From the NCBI RefSeq assembly GCF_964204645.1, contig NC_134034.1:6298914-6362913 (forward strand): a DNA stretch of 64,000 nucleotides, read 5' to 3'. Source of the stretch: Tubulanus polymorphus (lineage: Eukaryota > Animalia > Nemertea). Within the stretch, counting starts at the first letter, position 1, and each line of letters starts with the position of its first letter. A model generated the notes under the pieces. That model worked only from the letters and a program-made list of their open reading frames with translations. It was not told where the DNA came from and made no database searches. Made by a program: the position numbers and the translations under genes. This document shows positions 25,509-38,846 of this stretch, in pieces.

Positions 25509-28500
25509 TGTTGAGATTCATTTGATATTTTTGTAATCTGGACAGAAGCCTTATTAATCAATCTTGGCAGTTTGTAACTCAGATGTGTATTAATATCCAT
25601 AAATTGGCAACGTAGTTTAAATCTTAAACTGAACATATCCAATTATCAAAACTGATTTCACTACAATTCATTTAAAAGTAAACTCTCTAAAACAAAGAAG
25701 ATTTTTTATTATCTCGGATATTTGCCAAGTCACATGGAAGGTTTGTATGTTTGTGTAATGAAATATTATGTGTCTTTTTATATACGGTAAAAACGGTAAC
25801 GTAATTTACGAGTATTTCATTGACAAAGAAAAAGTAATGCTAGAATAAAGGTCAATGCGAAAACTTTTATTTCAGACTTATGACGTAATTTTTCCATGTG
25901 AATTCCACCAAGAGACGGCCTGGACCAGCTTCCAACACGTTTTCTCTTTGTATAGGTACATAGCAAACATCGATAAAACTCTTGACATGCCATTTTGCTG
26001 ATGTATCCAAAATTTGAATAGCCACAAAATCTTTGTTTAACATGTAAAGCTAAATAAGGTATCATTGTTTTCAGAATTCATCTGGCGGTTTTAATAAAAA
26101 CATCCTTTCATGTATATTGTTAAAAATGTAGGCACACAGTAAGCCGGAAGTTCGATGACGTGATTTTCTCCAATTGGTGCCTATTCCTGTGGAATGGGCC
26201 AACATAACCACGTGCGCGTACGATGAGGGGAACAAATTCAAATACAAAGACTTTATATAACCAATTCCGCGATCATAAAGAATCGCTACAATCTTTTCCT
26301 CCGTTATCCCCATTTGATGATTCTTTGTCCAACATTATCCAAAAAGGAATATCCACTAAGTATGCAAATATACAAAATGAATTGTAAGAAGTGAATGTTT
26401 ACTTTTCTTGCTAGACTTAAAATGATAAAATCAGACAATGTTATACCAGGTCATAAGAAAATCCTACTAAATTAATAATGTATGTTAAGCCAACCATGGA
26501 ACCATTGAAAAAAAACCAAAATAGTATGCATGTTGCGTCATGAACATCATCATATAGATCAATGATGGACGTATTAGTTTATAATACGTCCATGATAGTT
26601 AAAGACAGTGTAGGGTCTATCATCCATCACAAGCGGGCTTATGCTTTTACTTACTAAATTTTGAGGCTACGACTACAATTTACTAATTTCAAAACGTCAA
26701 ACAAATTGACAGTTCGTTTAATTTTAAAAACTTCTTAAACCAAACCAGCTTCCATGAAACTATTTAAAATAACGGTGTGTACCGTATTTAAATCAATTAA
26801 TTTTGTATGCACCGTATTAGGACCAACTCGCAGTTCAACGGCAAAGGGCCCAAATTTTCTAGGGCTAATTTATGCAGTAAGGAATTTTACCTTAAAGGGT
26901 TATAATCTCACAAGTTGATTTGGGCACAGGAATTGCAATTATTTTCTGTAGTACCCAGCTAGACTGTGAGTCACAGGAAATTAGTGCTTTATGCTTAAAG
27001 TGGTCATGAAGAGGTTTTTGAGTTATGGCTAAAAGTATTTTCTTTCATCAATTGTAAACTATTTATTGATTTAGTGGTCAAGAAATTAATTTTTAATTCT
27101 TCAATTAGTGTTAAAACGAAACTTTTGATCGGCCGTGCTGATTCCTTCCCAAACCGGAAGTGTGACGTCATTCTGAGAACCCAGACCAAAGCAACATGGT
27201 GTAGTGTATAGAATCGGGTGTTACTAACAGCGATTAAAGTGCAAAATAGTGACCCAAATACATCAGATTCCAATCAAACGTCTGAATTTAGGAAGTCAAC
27301 AGTTGTTATTAATAGACAGTCGAAATTATTCAATTTAATTTGGACCTGATGCCTCAGAACGAAGGGATTTGTGACTATAGAACAGCATATTTCTACGTCG
27401 TGGAGCAGCGAGCATTCATCATCATTTAAGTGATTCCCTCTTTGTTAAAACTACGCCGAGGGGATGACTGATATAGATATCGCAAATATTTCTGTGGGTA
27501 GTTAAACCGTTGTTATACGCTTGCTTTAATAGCGGGGATAATTTCAGACACTAGCTACAGTTTATGCACATAGGTTGATAGGTTCATAAAATAGGCCTAA
27601 CTTTTGAAATTTTATTTTTATCCAACTGCAGGTTTGGATGACTTTTTAAGCTCAATTACCCAATAGGTCTCACGTAGCATAAAAAGGGAATCCGAATCGC
27701 CATCAGGGACCAGGGAGGATGCCCGAGTAAAAGTCCCGTGCCCCAAAATGTACAGTATGGGGCATAATTTTCCCGTCTGGTTAGAGCGTTTTGAGAGCTA
27801 CTGCACATTGTCCGGTGTATGTAGCAGTGAGCTTAAGAAACAACATTTACTAACGTACCTGGACCACGAGTCATACCAGGCGTAAACCTACGTCTTGCCC
27901 CATCCCTGGATTACAATAGTTTCGTTAAGGGGATAAAGGACCGTATGTCATTGACACGGTCAGCTTCCGATTTCAAAATGATGTTGAAATCTCGAGAGCA
28001 GAAACCCCAAGAAAACATCGGGCAATACGCGGATGCATTGACAACTCACACAGAGCGCGTGCCCAGGGATTGATCACAGTTTGCAGGATGAGTTGGCACG
28101 TGACCAATTCTTGGCAGGTGTGGCGGTACCCTCGAGTGTTAGGGAGCAGTTGTACAGTCTCTATCGGTGTCATTGGCTCGGGGTCATGAGACTGCGCGGC
28201 TCCTGACTGATAGACACGAGTCCAGACCCCTCGTCGACACGTAAATGAGGTGAAGGCCAGTCAGACGGATGAGCTACTTTCGGAACTCGTGGGCCTCGTT
28301 AAGGGTTTGAATGTCCGGATGGACGGTTTAGAGGCCAGGGTTAACACACAGACTCAGGCCAACTCCCAGGGGAGGGGAGGGACAACATATGCTGGCGGTG
28401 TCGAGAACCGGTTCATACAGCGGAAACATGTCCGCAGGTTGCATGTCATACATGTTCTGGTAGAGGTCATTATGCCAGGAATTGCCCCGGGAAATAGGGA

Positions 28501-30289
28501 AACGATTACAGGCGGTCCTCCAGGGTGCAAGGGAATCGCCGCCAATAGAGAGATCCTCCACATATATGATGGAGAAATATCTGCCTCCACATCGTAGAAT
28601 CCGGAAACATGTTCCTTCACCCGTTAACGATTCCTTACATGATAGAGCCCAAATTGTAAATAATTTAATAATTGTAAATAGTTCACTAGACCCTTGCGTA
28701 ACGGAAATTGGGAACGAAATTTTTGGTGGAACCGATACGACAGGTCGTACATATCTAGAAAAGCAGGCAACTTCAAATGTTTTAACTTTTTACCCAGATA
28801 CCTCACTGTCGGTCGGTCAACCGGGTGATGGGATTTCGGATGGTTCTCCTCTGAGGCAGGTGACAGTTTTAAATATTTTACCTCCGTGCCCAGATAACTC
28901 TCTGTTGATAAAGTCACAGGAAGGTAGGTCGTAACCACAATAACAACTGACCAGCGAGATGCGTCAATAGGTCCGAGCTGCGCCGTGGATGAGAAAATGG
29001 TCCGTCGTGTCGATTTGAGAGACACTGGGCTTTACTGCTCTGGTATTCTTAATGGTTCAACACGTACGTCTATACTCTTAGACACTGGTGCTTCTGTGAC
29101 TTTGTTGAAAACCTCTGGGAGAAAAGTCGTAGGACCGATCAGGGAAATCTGCTGCCAGTCGACTTCGAATTAGCCACTGCCACGAGTGAGAACATGAAGG
29201 TTAATGGGGTGGCCAAGGTAGAGCTCCAGTTGAGAACCTGTAGATTCATGGTCCCCATGCTAATAGCCGATGACTTGGCTCAGGAGTGCCTGCTAGGTAG
29301 TGACTTCTTTGAACAGAATGGTTGCATTATTGATTACCCTGGTAGAGTTCTCGAGTATGGCCTTACCCATGTACCATTGGAGACCAAGGATGCACGACCT
29401 AGTTGCTGTCGTTTGTTCCTGACCGAGACTTGTTATATTCCGGGAGGCCATGAGGTCGCGGCCACTGCGTATTTCAATCAGATATATAGTGTAAATAACA
29501 ATTTTGTTGGTATGGTTGGTCGAGGGAACAGTACTCTGTGCCTGGCTGGCAAATCTCTGGTATGTCCGCGGGATGGGAAGGTAACAGTTCGCCTGGCGAA
29601 TTTTTCAGATGACACCCTTAGGGTCCGTCGAGGGGACTTTGTGGGTATTTTCTCGCCTATCGAATCAGTCGATGTACTCACTGTGCAAGACACTTCTGGT
29701 TTGTCAGATACGGAACTGCCTCAGCCCCAGCAGGATCCCCATGATTTAAAGGGTCTTTACGACGAACTAAATGTCGATAGTCTCGAGATTTCGGAGGGTG
29801 ATCGGGAGGATTTGAAGAGGGTCCTAGCGCAGTATCAGGGTGTATTTTCTCGGGGAATTTGAAATTGGGAGGACACCCCTCATTAAGTTTGAGATCGATA
29901 CCGGGGAGCAGAAGCCGATTAGGCAGCATCAACGACGTCTGCCGCCCCATTACAAGCAATTTGTTGAGGGGTACACTGCAGAGCTGTGTGACCAAGGTCT
30001 TATAAGGCCATCCCACTCGCCTTGGGCTAGCCCAATCGTCCTAGCCAAGAAAAGTGATGGCAGTTTGTGTCTGTGCTGTGACTACAGGAAATTAAACGAC
30101 GTCACAACTAAAGACAGTCAGTCACCCATTGGGGCGAATAGATTCTACCCTCGAGGCACTTTCGGGATCGTCATGGTTCTCCTCTCGGGATCTGACCAGT
30201 GGCTACTGGCAAGTGCTAATCCAAGAATGTGACAAACCAAAAACAGCTTTTTGTTCTGAGAATGGAGTTCCACCTAAAATCCAAATTAT

Positions 30290-30545
30290 TTCATAATTTT
30301 GTTGATCACTACTTGGCGTATAATAATCTGATAATTTTAATTTCTTTTTTTTTAAACAGTTTTAGATTAATTTCTTTATTTGTTACTGCGTTATATAAAC
30401 TCATAGCTTCATCGACTGATTGAAAATCTTCCCATTTTAAATACTTTTTTCAATACCAATATATATATAATGTATAACCAACAGTTCCAACTGATAGTAA
30501 TGCTCTATTATATAAACCAGTTATTATCCACTTATTATCACTCAT
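30290..30545 (-). pseudogene. Small Polinton ORF with hydrophobic N-terminus
   Basis: TAATAAATG start; MSDKWIITGLYNRALLSVGTVGYTLYIYWY, then stops. Confidence 0.45.
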
Positions 30546-30549
30546 TTAT

Positions 30550-30906
30550 TAATCAAAAAGATTACCATCTACAAAATATTTAGTTAACTAAGTTATAATT
30601 ATTTCAACATTTATTTCATCACTACTTTTATGATTATCATATATTTCAGTTACTAATTTTTTTAACATCATCGATAATCTAATCTTCATCTAATTCATAA
30701 AATCTTGAAGACTCTTTAATTAAATCAGTAATCTTTTCTACATTAAAAGTTTTTTTATCGATTGTTGTTTCATATTCAAATGTTATTTCATTAAAAAATG
30801 TAATATTTTTGATATGAGTTATTACATCATTAATGTTAAATTTCATTTCTTTCTCACGTTTAAAATCCAATCCAAAACATATACTCGGTCCAACAGTTAT
30901 ATTCAT
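30550..30906 (-). pseudogene. Small acidic Polinton ORF of unknown function
   Basis: TATATAAATG start; 75-aa ORF that appears to read on past a stop at 30679. Confidence 0.45.
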
Positions 30907-30922
30907 TTATATAATGAAAAAT

Positions 30923-31671
30923 TTATTCATTACATCTTATAACTAATTCATAAATTACAGGATAGTTATTTAAATCAATTAAGTATCCATTATGATTTCT
31001 TATTTCTAATTTAAAATTATTAAATTTTGGAATGCATGGCTTGAAATCACACTCAGCTAAATTATAATCTATTTGCGTTCCAAATTGTTTAACATTTTTT
31101 TAGGGTAAAATATTTAATATACTAGAATTAAAAATTGTATCTTTAGTTGCTTCGAAAGTTTTTGTTGGGTCAATTAAATTGCAATAAATATAAAAGTGTG
31201 TAAAAGGTATTTGAGCTACCTTCTGCGTTTCCAGTAAATATGCGGTTTAATTCCTAACATTTTAGCTATTGGTTTGTTTACCATAAATTTATTTTGTACA
31301 GTAGATAACTTTATTCTTATTTGATTAGAACTATCAATTTTGATAAATTTAATTCCAAATTCATCAGTACTCCCGATTTTCAACCGAGCTCTTCTATTAA
31401 TTTCCTGCGCTAATGATTCTAAATTATATAATCCTGCTTTCAAAAATAGATGAAACCATTTATTCTTATTTCTCATATAAATTTCAAAACCTCAAAGTTC
31501 GAAAGTTTTATCCGATATATTATAAAAAAAATTACATAAACTTACATTTACTAATTTTAAATCTACACAATTCTCAAATTCTCTATCTAATTGTACTAGT
31601 AAATTATGAGATTTAGAATTTAATAGTTTTCTAGAATCAACGTATATTCTATATTTTTTTAATTCTACCAT
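30923..31671 (-). pseudogene. Minor capsid protein (penton, single jelly-roll), disrupted
   Basis: MVELKKYRIYVDSRKLL..LVQLDREFENCV..NFFYNI..LKAGLYNLESL..HFYIYCNLI..SSILNI..FKLEIRNHNGYLIDLNNYPVIYELVI, the pattern typical of Polinton/virophage/NCLDV pentons. Confidence 0.7.
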
Positions 31672-31685
31672 TTATTTTACATATT

Positions 31686-32027
31686 TTATTCGAAATCTAT
31701 TTCATGGTGCCCTTTTTCATTCTTACCTTTATATATGAAATAGAAATCACCTGAACATAATTCTTCTAAATCTTCACTTGATAATCTATGAAATCTATCT
31801 GGTAAATATGCTCTGAATTTATATTTATTTCCTTTTAATCCTTCATATTCTAAATGGAAAACTAATTTATCTCCATATTTGTTAGAAACTGTATCAATAG
31901 TAGTAATTAAATATTTCTTATGAATTGTTAGTTCATTTAACTTCTTAAATTTATAATCTACTGATTTGACATTTGTAGTATCTTTTATTCTATTTAAGAA
32001 TTCACTGTGTATTTGTTTACTCTCTAT
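31686..32027 (-). pseudogene. Terminal small Polinton protein, homologue of 25098-25423
   Basis: Manual translation: FLNRIK..FKKLNEL..KYGDKLVFHL..FRAYLPDRFHRLSSEDLEEL..FIYKGKNEK.HHEIDFE. Start codon decayed, so it is absent from the ORF track. Confidence 0.65.
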
Positions 32028-33315
32028 TTTAATAACATATTTTTTATTAAAATTGATTTTAGAAGTTATTAGATGAATATTTTAAGAATAATAGGGAATA
32101 AGTTGTTTCAAGTCAAAGGTTGGAAGGTCGGAAAATAAATTCGAGTGTGCGAGAATTTATTTTTCGATATATTTCGATATATTTCCCTATTACTGACGCC
32201 GACCTCGAGTGGATCATACGCCATTTCGGTCCGAGTAACGATAAGCCAAATTGGGAGAATGTATCAGGGCAGAATTCAGCCACAAAGTTCCTTTGGGCTA
32301 GATGGTTTAAGCTACATCTTATCAACGGTGCTCTATATATAAAGAAAGAGCGTTCGGGTTTGCCTACATCGACACTCTTGTTATTACCAAAACCGTACCA
32401 CCGAGATGTATTCGACCAACTTCATGCGACAAAAACAGCTGGTCATTTCGGCATCAAGAAAACATTGTATAAAATTCACGATCGATTCTACTGGAATAAC
32501 ATAGCCAGAGATGTTCATGATTGGTGCGTCGCTTGCCGCGAATGTCAAACACGAAATAGTCCAGCTCGAAAAACTAGGGCTGAACTACGACCCTCAAGTT
32601 CAGGTTTACCTCTCGAAAGAGTCGCCATGGACATATTAGGCCCATTACCTGAGACCGATAATGGTAATTCATATATCTAGTTATCGGTGATTATTTCACT
32701 AAATACGTCGAATTCTTTCCGATACCGAATCAAGAGGCACTTACCGTTGCCGACACGTTCGTAAAGCATTTTGTCTGTAAGTTAGGGTGTCCCCTCGAAT
32801 TGCACACCGATCAAGGGGCAAACTTCGAGTCTTAGCTCATGGCTGAGTTATGTAAGATTCTCGAAATTAAGGAGACGAAAACTTGCCCTTATAGACCCCA
32901 ATCCGACGGCATGATCGAACGAATGAACAAGACACTAATTAATAGCTTGTCAATGTTCGTTAATCAAAACCACTCTGACTGGGACGAACAATTGCCGTTC
33001 ATCGCTATGGCCTATCGATCGGCTGTTCATGATTCGACTAAATTCACCCCGAACTACCGGTAACTGATGTTCGGGTATGAAAAACCGTAAAGTGAATGAT
33101 GTAGTGTATGAGATACACAAAGATGAGAAAATTAAACGAGTGCATTTCGACCGACTTACATTATACGAGCGAGAAAATGAAACAAGACCGCAATTCGCTG
33201 AATTGACCTTCCGGAAACCTAGTCCAGACCCACCCACCTATACCAGGTCGGGAAGAAGAGTTGTACCACCACGGCTACTCGCTCTGTAACTTTGAATATC
33301 ATTATACATTTCAGA

Positions 33316-34392
33316 ATGCACGGGACAACGCCATTTCTATGTGTCCACTGTAAGAAAGATTTTGCGTCAATGAGGAATTTCGAGGCACATGATTTAAAAT
33401 GCCAAAGTAAGCCGCATCAGGGGTATGAATATCGATGCAAACTCTGTAGAACGGACGTCGAGACCTGATTCGACAACATGCCAGAAAGACACACAGAAGA
33501 CACTCAGAAGATACTAGGTTTATCATCGAAAAAGTGAAACTCGTCGCGATAGACGACGATGATGAATTTGACCCTCCAGAGATCCAGTGTTTAAGTCGCC
33601 CGGAGACCCCAATCATCCGACTAAAAGAAAATCGGGAAAGGACAACAAGGTTCCGACAAAAGGCAGAAGACATCGACAGCTATTAAGGAAGAAGACCCAT
33701 TCGCAACCCCCACAAATACCAAAGAAATACCGACGCCTAAGAATCCAGATTATATACCAACCCCATTTCCAACGAACGACGACCTCCAAAGAATTTTAGA
33801 AGAAATGAGGAAAGAAATGCCACCAAGCCCGCTGCAGCTACTCTCTAAAACGACGGTGACACGACTGGATGGCTCCGCGCGGATAATTTCCGTTAAACGA
33901 AAAACATCTGCTGTGTCGAAAATAGAAGAAGACGACCAAACGACCAAACCACTGCTCGAAGCTGACATTGAGTCACCGTGTGTGTCCGAGTTAGAATCAT
34001 TCGCCGCAGAGAAGCCGATAATTCCATGCGTGAAGCTTCCCGAGATCAACGGATCATCGTCAAGTATAACAGAATCCGAATAGTCGACTGAGTCATGTGC
34101 CTTCACCAATACTGAAATACCGACAATGCCGCTTAGTAATACCAGTTCTACTCTGATTAAACAGAACAACGACGTGAGAGACGGTTCGACGCAAACCAAA
34201 GAAGATCAAAAGGTAGCGAGTGAACGACCATGGAAAGAATTACATCGACACGGCGATATGATTTTATTCAGATACGCAGGCTCGGAGTACCAGTGCGTAT
34301 ATTGTGAGTTTTATCAACTGAAACTCTGCGCTCTACTAAAAACCAGTAATTCGTCCGCCGCCTCGCGAACACCGTTAAATTTAAAAAGATAG
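33316..34392 (+). pseudogene. Extra 3' ORF of the Gypsy element with two zinc fingers
   Basis: TTTCAG acceptor-like site (33309-33314) just before ATG. CVHCKKDFASMRNFEAHDLKC and CKLC..LIRQHARKTH, then a low-complexity acidic/Ser-rich tail; frameshifted. Confidence 0.55.
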
Positions 34393-34632
34393 TGCAATCC
34401 GTACAAAGAAAGTAATTAAGATGTTTTAGATGTTTATTATTATACAGAACATAGTTTATTGAATGTTAATATTATATACATTGTATGTAGTAATATCTTT
34501 TGGTCGACAACACCGTCACCAGTTTCTCGCCTTCACAGAAGTATTCGATTTTCCGTGTCTATTCTTCCGGTACGACTGCGTTATGGGAGGCTCCCTTGTA
34601 TGAGGACATACAAGAGTCTGGGGTGAGTGTAT

Positions 34633-36362
34633 TGTGGCGAGATTGACCATGGAACCAACCTTCAGACCTAATGACCAGTCCGCGATAGCATTATATCCGT
34701 CTTTTGAGGAAAACTCGCCAATTCAGAACCGCACAATTCAAAATCGCTGAAATCCGCAAGTGCCGCGCGTCACCTCATCGTAGACGGCCGTTTTACAAAA
34801 TAGTCCCCGTTACCTGGGATATTGCCATATCTTTTCCGTGGAAGGTTTCTGCTCTTTTAATAACGAATATCCAAATGAGGATTGATTTCGAGATAGTTCA
34901 TCGAAAATTCCAGTCATATACGTCTACCCGAAGCGTTGAGGGCGGCCTATCTAAGAGCGGTCAGAACCGCATTCCTGACATTTGTAGTAAAATTTCCGGT
35001 CTCGCCAAAATTTTGGCGCGTATTTTAAATCACCTTTCTCCTGGATTTCACCGCACCGTGTTCATTGTGTATATATATATATATATGTTTCCTGTTTAAT
35101 GCCTCTGTTATGTATATTAATTCCTCGAGACCGCGTAGCATCGTTACTAAATGTCCGTGTAAATTTGTCGATGTTTCGCGTCCGGTTATTCCGGGCCCTC
35201 ATCTATTCATTTTAACCCTTCGGGTTGAATTGTATTTGTGATTATTTTGTATACCTTTTGGAGTGCGGGGTTCGAACCCTTCTAAATCTATTTTCTTTCC
35301 TAGAACATATTTCTTTGTGATGTATAGCATTATTTACCGTTTTTATCATTAGTTTTTGTGTTGTTTCTTTCTCGTGTCCGCCGCGACCTTTTTGTAGCCG
35401 GCGCGCGGTTGCCCGGCTCCGCCCTCATTGTCGCTGGAACTCAGCCAACCTCGAAGTCACGTGGCACGCGTGACCAATCACGCGTGTCCGAGCTTTGTTC
35501 CAGCCAATGAGAACGCGGAGGGGACAATCGCGCTCTATAAAAGGCGAGCAGCGCGCAAGATTGAACAACAAACCGTTCATTCGGACTGTCCGGGCTACTT
35601 CAAGCGCCGCCAGAGTAGAACAATAAGACGATCAGTTACGCTTTCCAGTTTTAAGTGAAAAATGTAAGAACCGTTGTCCGCGTGTCCCCGTGTTCACCTT
35701 TGGACACCCGGACCGCGTATGCTCGCCTTGTGATAGGCCTAGAGCATGTAGTAGGTTATTGCCGCCCGGACATTGTCCCCGGGTTCATTGTTATTGTCGT
35801 CCGGCCGCGGTCGACGTTGTCCCCGGCGGACATGGTTGTCCCCGGAACCCGCGGATTCGTTGTCCGGGACCCTAGTGTAAATAGTAAGAACGACCGTGAT
35901 CACCTAATAATAATGTATATATTTAATTATCGCGAGGTGCAACGCCAGAATTAATTCGTCTGCAATAAATGTACATACAGTTACTATTTCTAAATTAAGA
36001 ATGCCGTTTGAGTTGTCGTGGACGTTTGGAGTGAGGAAGAGAGTCAGAGTAAATTAATCTAACTTTAGGGCGCGAGGAATCCGGTCAGCTGAGGAGAGGC
36101 CGGAGTCACGCTACCGACATTTGGCCGGCAGGGTTCCAGCTGTATTAGTCGCCTCCAAGAGGAGGACGAGTGGACCCGGGCGTACCCACCAACGGTAGAG
36201 AGGCACGAAGAGATAGGGGACGCCCCGAGAGGATCCGGGCCGTGTGAGGCCCAAGTTGGGTGGAGGCGGGACAAGCACAGCTGCAGGAGTTGCTTGTCCC
36301 CCGCGAAATCCAAATATTACAGAGAAGCTATTTTGGTTACCGTGTCCACCGAATCCGTTACA
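34633..36362 (+). mobile_element. Putative LTR (TG...CA) with RNA pol II promoter and polyA signals
   Basis: Begins TGTGGCG after a PPT-like tract and ends CCGTTACA. GC box ~35417, CCAAT boxes ~35474 and 35504, TATAAAA ~35536, AATAAA ~35964. No second copy in the window, so the boundaries are tentative. Confidence 0.45.
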
Positions 36363-38289
36363 AATTCCGTGTTTGAGACACGTTGAGAGAGGTCGTAATC
36401 GCTCGCTGAGTACTTGATCTTCTAATAATCGCCAGACGCACAGTCTAATTGCCTTATTCAGGTCTGTATTGACCCCGGAATGATGCGAGTCATTTCAAAC
36501 CACGTTCCATCGGACGAGGCTCAGGCCCCGCTCGAATACTTCGTCTGAGCCCGAAATCAAAGGAGAATCCGACCAAGGATCACTGCAATTGAAGAACATC
36601 ATAGCCTGTTATTCAGTATAACGTTTATTCGACTTCGAGTGGACCCGCCTCGATTATTAGCCTATACCTTTTCTCGCTCGAAGACTTTCATCGCCTGAGC
36701 TTCGAGCGAATTCTCTCGAAATCATGGCCCGGGTAATCTGCGTTGTCTTAACAATGCGGGTTTCTCTCGAAGTCGGATATTCGCCCTTGCCGCCTCTCGA
36801 CCCGAGATCGCTCGGAGGTCCGGTCAAATCTAAATAGCCCGTTCATTTCGCCACGACTCTCGACCTGAATAAATCAATAAATATTTATACATGTCATTTT
36901 TAACTATGAATTGTTACTTCTTTTGATTATGCGATCGATTTTTCGGAGTATATATATTCGAGCATGATATTCTAGTAATGCGATTGCCTTATTTGCCTAT
37001 GACTGTCGCGAGATTCAGTGGGATTCGGTAGAGCTTATGGAAACCGGAATAAAATTCAGACTGCACTTGAATTTTATAGTCGAAGGAACCGATCGCCTAT
37101 TTTTAATTTCTCTCGAATTTACGGTCAGAGTCGATTCGATTACGAATGGCCGACGTAACGAAAGTGGTGACTTCCAGCTGTGGTTCTTGAGAAATTCGAC
37201 CGACTGCACTGGTCAGACTCAGAGTTATGTTCATAACGGCCCTTTTTGTCAACTTTTGCTGCCAGAAATTACAAACAAGACTTTTGTAGGATATACGTTA
37301 ATTCGTTGTTCTTTATTAAACTGTTCACATAACGATTAACTGAAATATAAGAAAATTAGACTACTAAGTACTACAGCAACGTATTGTACAGATGTAGACA
37401 CAGATACCGCCCGGCAATCAAATTAGAAAATGAACAGCAGTAAGGTGCTGCCACCACAGCAAGCGCAAAATGCCAACATTTCAAAATCAATCTTCACTAA
37501 TACAGAGCAAGCTACACAACTATAAATCTATAGCTCTAACAAATGTTTACACATTACCTAAATAAATGAAGGAAAAAACACATACCGTGGTTTCCTAAGG
37601 AAGACATAATTCAATACTCCATTCTCTCGGGAATTTCACCCACGTATACACTAAAACTACATACTACTTCCGCCCAATCCAAATCGTACTAAATACTGAT
37701 AAAATACATTTAAAACAATACCCGGCGGTGGCAAACTGGTGGCAAAAGACCAATCTGAATGTTACAATGTTTAGGCGGGGAAACCGAATCGAATCTCACG
37801 AGTTTGCAAATCGCATATTTTTCGACGATTGTCCTAGGGCGGTCATTGACCCCTTATTCTGTCCTCTTCAGGGGCAGAATCGACCTAGGGCTAGGCGTAG
37901 GCCTACTACCCACCTGTAGCGAACCTTTTCCGGACTTAGCCTACCTGCGCTCTCGCTACCAAGATTTAATGCTTTAGTGTAGGCCTATATACTGTCGACC
38001 CCGTGCCGCTACAAACACGCACTGCGAGACGGTGGTTCTAAACACCGACCAAAACCAACACCGTCCAATACCGCCTGAAACCGTCCAATACCGACCAAAA
38101 GCCGTCCAACACTGACCAAAAGTTAAATTAGTACCGACCAAAATTGTAACAACCACCAAAAGTAGAATATGATACCGACCAAAACTAAGACGAGTAAAAT
38201 GATACCCGACATCGTCTGATACCGACCAAAAGAATTTTGAACTATTCGCACAGATTATTCTCAAAACAAAGCTACGCGTGTCACTTCGA

Positions 38290-38750
38290 TCACTGAGCGA
38301 CCACAGTTCAATTTTGAATAGGTACAACTTTGTTAACTTTGTTAAATCTTTCACTACTTGAAAACTAATTCATGATCATTGGAAGGAATCACTCACTCAC
38401 TCACTCCGTAATTGGCGTATCAAAGCAAACACAACTGAGACAAGTAATTTTTGTTTCAATTATTCATATCATAATAACTTGCTTTGATCATTATGTACTG
38501 AACGACCACAGTTCAATTTTCAATAGGTAATTACAACTTTAGTCAGTTGCCTAAAGTAATTTAATATGTTTCACTTATTGAAAACTAATTTATGATCATT
38601 AGAAGGAGTCACTCACTTACTCCGTAATTGGCGTATCAAAGCATACGCAACTGAGACTAATTTTTGTTTCAATTTCCACAATAACTTGCTTTGATCAAAT
38701 TATTTACTGAACGACCACAGTTCAATTTTGAATTGGTAATTACAACTTTA
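38290..38750 (+). repeat. ~207-bp tandem repeat in the MULE 5' region
   Basis: ACTGA.CGACCACAGTTCAATTTT at ~38292, 38497 and 38706. Confidence 0.85.
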
Positions 38751-38846
38751 GTTGCCTACTGTTAGTAATTACACTTTCCGTAATACTATATAAAGTCACA
38801 ATTTTTAGACAGGGCCATCATTCATCGACAAAATTACGTAAAAGCA

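Larger units (their letters stand above)
30270..32194 (-). mobile_element. Terminal fragment of a second Polinton family inserted in Gypsy pol
   Basis: AT-rich block with four minus-strand genes, ending ...CCCTATTACT at 32194 (5'-AGTAAT terminus) exactly where Gypsy coding sequence resumes. Confidence 0.8.
29020..33289 (+). pseudogene. Gypsy pol (PR-RT-[RH lost]-IN)
   Basis: Domain order PR-RT-IN. RT stops after KTAFCSENG (~30266) and pol resumes at DADLEWII (32195). The YxDD and RNase H regions are absent. Confidence 0.9.
27700..34632 (+). mobile_element. Ty3/Gypsy LTR retrotransposon internal region, decayed and interrupted
   Basis: gag (WLERFESYC; CCHC knuckle CHTCSGRGHYARNC at ~28444), protease LLDTGAS, RT N-half (SPWASPIVLAKKSDG..CDYRKLN..GYWQV..KTAF), integrase (HHCC; AMDILGPLP; HTDQGANF; YRPQSDGMIER), tail TRSGRRVVPP, and purine-rich GGGGTGAG-TG at ~34620. 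Confidence 0.92.

Noticed and set aside
27190-27360. 5' LTR and primer-binding site of the Gypsy element
   Set aside because: No sequence here matches the region after the PPT-like tract, and no convincing tRNA-complementary PBS was identified.
34704-37977. Short ORFs in the GC-richer region
   Set aside because: No recognisable domains; they overlap LTR/UTR-like sequence.
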